In this document: piece after piece, positions 60,301 to 64,000 of the stretch
Layout: every line of letters begins with the position of its first letter
Numbering within the stretch: the stretch's first letter is position 1
Source of the DNA: Trichosphaerium sp. ATCC 40318
Taxonomy: Eukaryota > Protista > Tubulinea
Length of the DNA stretch: 64,000 bases
Reading direction: 5' to 3'
Assembly (NCBI GenBank): GCA_038496445.1
Contig: JALMLS010000363.1
Coordinates: 2,737 to 66,736 of the forward strand
The notes under the pieces: model-generated
What the model was told of the DNA's origin: nothing
What the model saw: only the letters and a program-made list of their open reading frames with translations
Databases searched by the model: none
Position numbers and translations under genes: made by a program

Positions 60301-62907
60301 CGTAACACAAGAGGACATCAACAACTGAGACAAAAAACCAACAACACGATGTGTTAAATGTTAGGCTGTCTTAGAAACTTAAAAAAATTGTAAAAAGTGC
60401 TAGGGATGCAAGGAAAAAGTCGGGAGAGGAAAAATTAGCACAAAATTTTCTACATACACTGAAAAAAAAAAAAGTTAATGTCACCACCACAGCCCATGTA
60501 ATGCACCGTTTTTAATACAGTTTTGTGACAATGTGCGCTAATCATTAGAGAGTGGCGGCACTCACAAAAGAATAATGAGAAACACCTCATGCTACGGTGA
60601 TGGGCAAAAAGGTTCTTGGTCATACAGGGGATCGAACCCTGGACCCCCGCGTTATTAGCACGGTGCTCTAACCAGCTGAGCTATACGACCCAAGTTGTTA
60701 TGAACAAAGTACTACCAACTCGAAGGATCCGTTACAATGCTCAAAATCAATCAAAAAGGAACGAAAAACGGAAAATTAAACTTATTGCTTAAATAAATGT
60801 ATTGATGGAAAATGAAGCACGAACCACAAATGATTCTGATTAAAAGTAAATTTTGTTTTGGTCTTGTGCTGCTTTTCAAATTGTAACGCTACAAATTCTT
60901 TTCACATAAAACGCTCAAACTTACATTCATTTGCACGTGCGCTCACAAAATTGCTAAAAAAATATGCTAAACAAACGTACTCTTGCTTGGTATTGCAAAC
61001 CCAAAAACATGGCCAAATCAATACTACCAGAAGGATCAATAAACCCATGTTATCACAATGTGCTGGAAATTGTTCACACAACGAAATAGCTGCAACAACT
61101 TCATCTTGAGTGAATGGCTTCATATAAATGACAGTGTTAAACTGTTGGTCTAAAATAAACATCAAAAAAAGTTAACAATAATCAAACGATTAAACAAAGG
61201 CTATACTGCTGGTTGCCAAACGCACGTATTAAGTGAAGAAATTGCTGAAAAATATGCACTGGTGGTGCACCATCATTAACACCACCGCGGATAAGATGTA
61301 CTACAACATGGTGACAATAAAACCCTTAATAGAATCGAAGCAGTTGATAAATCCCTTTGTTCTAGCCACACCTTTGCAAGTACTATTTTGTTTTGGTCTT
61401 GTGCTGCTTTCCAAATTGTAACGCTACAAATTCTTTTCACATAAAACGCTCAAACTTACATTCATTTGCATGTGCGCTCACAAAATTGCTAAAAAAATAT
61501 GCAAAAACAAACGTACTCTTGCTTGGTATTGCAAACCCAAAAACATGGACAAAATCAATACTACCAGAAGGATCAATAAACCCAGAAGTGTTATCACAAT
61601 GTGCTGGAAATTGTTCACACAACGAAATAAGATCTGCTGCGTCAACTTCATCTTGAGTGAATGGCTTCATATAAATGACAGTGTTAAACTGTTGGTCTAA
61701 AATAAACATCAAAAGTTAACAATAATCAAACGATAAAACAAAGGCTATACTGCTGGTTGCCAAACGCACGTATTAAGTGAAGAAATTGCTGAAAAATATG
61801 CACTGGTGGTGCACCATCATTAACACCACCGCGGATAAGATGTACTACAAGCATGGTGACAATAAAACCCTTAATAGAATCGAAGCCAGTTGATAAATCC
61901 CTTTGTTCTAGCCACACCTTTGCAAGTACTATCGCTTCCTTAACGTTCTCGTGATCGTCTAGATAGTGATGTGCAAGTTCCAAGTGATGGAACATAAGCA
62001 TCTCACGTAGTAGACGCGTTCTCAAGTGATCTTCAACATCGTCCAATACATCTTCATTTTCGATAAAAAATTGAGTTGAAGGTCCAAAATGGATGTTACA
62101 CGCGAATGCTACGCTACTAGATCCTTTTACTGCAATTTTTAGCATTGGTGATCTACCATCTATAGTGCTTGGTACTACAGAGCATGTATAACCACTACAT
62201 GATTCACCATTAGCGAAATAAAAAATAAAACAATTCTGGAAAAATCGAAAAAAAAAAATAACTAAAAGATCTCTTCGTACCAATCCGAGACATGTTTAGC
62301 CATACCAGCAGCATACATCAGTATGTCTTTCTCGTAAGTGCGTGCATTAAGATCATCCAAATGTAGGCACGAGGCTGGAACGATAGCGACAACATCAACG
62401 TTTGTTGTTTCCGATATAATGATCGTGTCTAGCAAATATGAACCAACGAGGCGTATGCCGTCTGGTTTAGCCATTTTGATAGCGTCTGAAGGTTGACACT
62501 TGCTTTTCTGTTCTGGTGGAACGAACTTCTCTAGGTTTTTCCACAATAGCTTTTTAGATATGTCAGCTGTATTACTATGTATTATGGACGCGTATGGGCG
62601 AGTTGTTACCTTTTTTTGTTTCACTGTGTCCAAAGCGCTTTGTTTTAGGTTTTTTACGAAGGCGTCGCATGTTCCAGACGTTGGAACAACGGAATCAACG
62701 AGTTCTGTTGTCTGCGTTTTAAATTTAATTGAACATCTCCTTATGTCGCTTGCGTACCTGTAATTGAAGCATATTAAGCGCTTCTAACTCCCTCATTTCT
62801 TGCTCAAGCTTTTCTGCCTTCTGTACCATTTCCAAATCTTTATCATACTTTTTACGCCTCTTACGCTTATTCTTACTGCCTGACGAGCCATTCTTTCGTT
62901 TAGACAT
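57394..62907 (-). CDS. NOL6: Nucleolar protein 6 / Utp22 (Nrap family)
   Basis: LVGSYLL, KEAIVLAKVWLEQR, FIDPSG, VDKGP...LWGKK..IRRFND, RLCRRWMSSQML, GFLRYLRFLVSFGW, IPNVFDILHEW..IGQALI; interrupted by a duplicated block carrying indels. Confidence 0.88.
60617..60690 (-). tRNA. tRNA-Ile (anticodon AAT)
   Basis: Full cloverleaf GGTCGTA/TATGACC, D arm GCTC/GAGC, anticodon loop CT-AAT-AA, T loop TTCGATC, downstream TTTTT terminator. Confidence 0.96.
60852..61932. repeat. Direct tandem duplication of ~535-545 bp within NOL6
   Basis: 60852-61386 and 61387-61932 are near-identical and differ mainly by 1-3 nt indels. Confidence 0.92.
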
Positions 62908-63082
62908 TTTTCTCAGTCTAATTGCAAGAAAAAACGTAGAGAAAGACTGTAATAGTCAAAGAAGTACTTGTATTTAGGAAAAAGAAATGTAATAACTAAA
63001 TGACAGTGTCACACAAAGTCTTTGCGAAGAAATCGCTGAAAACAATTTTTTGAAATAAAACGATAAAAAAAAGGGCGGGGTT

Positions 63083-63578
63083 ATGCGTATTGTAGTACGT
63101 TCAGCAGATGACCCAAAAGAATACTTTGTTATTGAGCTTCAAGGGACATTAGAGCCTGGTATTAAAAATCTTCAAAGTAAAGACATTGGAGAGTTTATTC
63201 AAGGCGTACGAAGGTTTTAGCACGCTTGTTTTTTAAAAACAATACAATAGCCACAACCGCAACTACAGATTGGTAAATTCCGTTTACATGGCGCCGTACA
63301 AGACGTCAAGCCACCATTGGCAATACTACGCAAGAAGGAGCCTGCTGGATATGTTAAACCTGATCCAATGTCAACAGACGATAATGACACCACAAATACT
63401 ATGGTACGCAATACAAATGTGTGAGCACCTCTTCTACGCTATTTGACACAGTATGAAACAAATTCTCTTATAACGCGTCATTTAGCCGTCAGAACAACTG
63501 CCAAGCTACGAAGTCATTGGTGTGGTGCGCAAGCGGTATCTATTTAACAAAAGACCTCGTGTCATTCTGAACAAATAA
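63083..63578 (+). CDS. CTF8: Chromosome transmission fidelity protein 8
   Basis: EYFVIELQGTL, LQIGKFRLHG...KPPLAILRK and YEVIGVVRKRYLFNKRP match the Ctf8 signature; divergent from NOL6. Confidence 0.88.
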
Positions 63579-64000
63579 CGTCTTTGTAAAACAAAACCAA
63601 CACAGGCCAAAACACCGCGTGAAATGTACTTTAGCAATAAAAAAGCTTTTTTTGAGCGTTTTCTACACGCAAAAACAGCGAGTGAGCATGCCAAATGCAA
63701 TGTATTAGAAACTAGTGAGGAGGGCATCTGGTCGTCTTCAACGATTATCCTATGTTACAATCTTCTGCAACCTCAAGTTTGTTTTAATCCTGGCAGTGTT
63801 GTTTCGATAGAGTACAATAACACATAGTAACACGTTGTCTTATACTTTCTTAAAGGCAATATTCTTAAGCAACGAATCTGGACACAATCACGCAACTGTT
63901 TACTTTACTTTATTTATAAACACAACAAAACCAAGATTTAAGTACAAGTTACAGCGGAACATTGCATAAACCATACACGATCAGACGGTGCTCCACTAGA

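Noticed and set aside
63910-64000. Possible 3' end of a minus-strand gene at the window edge
   Set aside because: Too short to identify
1-64000. Transposon, retroelement or integrated virus
   Set aside because: No transposase, reverse transcriptase, integrase, capsid or terminal repeats recognised; the virus-like repeat genes are interspersed with intron-rich host genes

Overview
AT-rich, gene-dense eukaryotic genomic DNA. Genes carry many short (about 40-70 nt) spliceosomal introns, which is why the ORF track is so fragmented. A Dictyostelium-type STAT, a zizimin-like DOCK GEF and a class I ascorbate/cytochrome c peroxidase point to a non-animal protist, most plausibly an amoebozoan (inference). 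Gene order: CNOT1 5' end, VPS9-domain GEF, AIF/FSP1-like oxidoreductase, APX/CCP, BRSK/Nim1-like kinase, DOCK, LRRC58-like fragment, GDP-fucose transporter hosting an intronic SNORD43/snR70-like snoRNA, STAT, EF-hand calcium sensor, orphan gene, a G-U-rich ~300 nt rod-like RNA candidate, DUOXA head-to-head with a full-length dual oxidase (DUOX), F-box/LRR, a tandem-domain orphan, DUF1499, SGNH hydrolase, F-box/MORN-repeat, a secreted Cys-rich protein, NEIL3-like glycosylase, ABCG transporter, tRNA-Ile pseudogene, NOL6/UTP22 (with an intronic tRNA-Ile and a ~540 bp tandem duplication) and CTF8. The main finding is an animal-style DUOX-DUOXA bidirectional gene pair in a protist. Exon boundaries were read by eye and spliced CDS coordinates are approximate.
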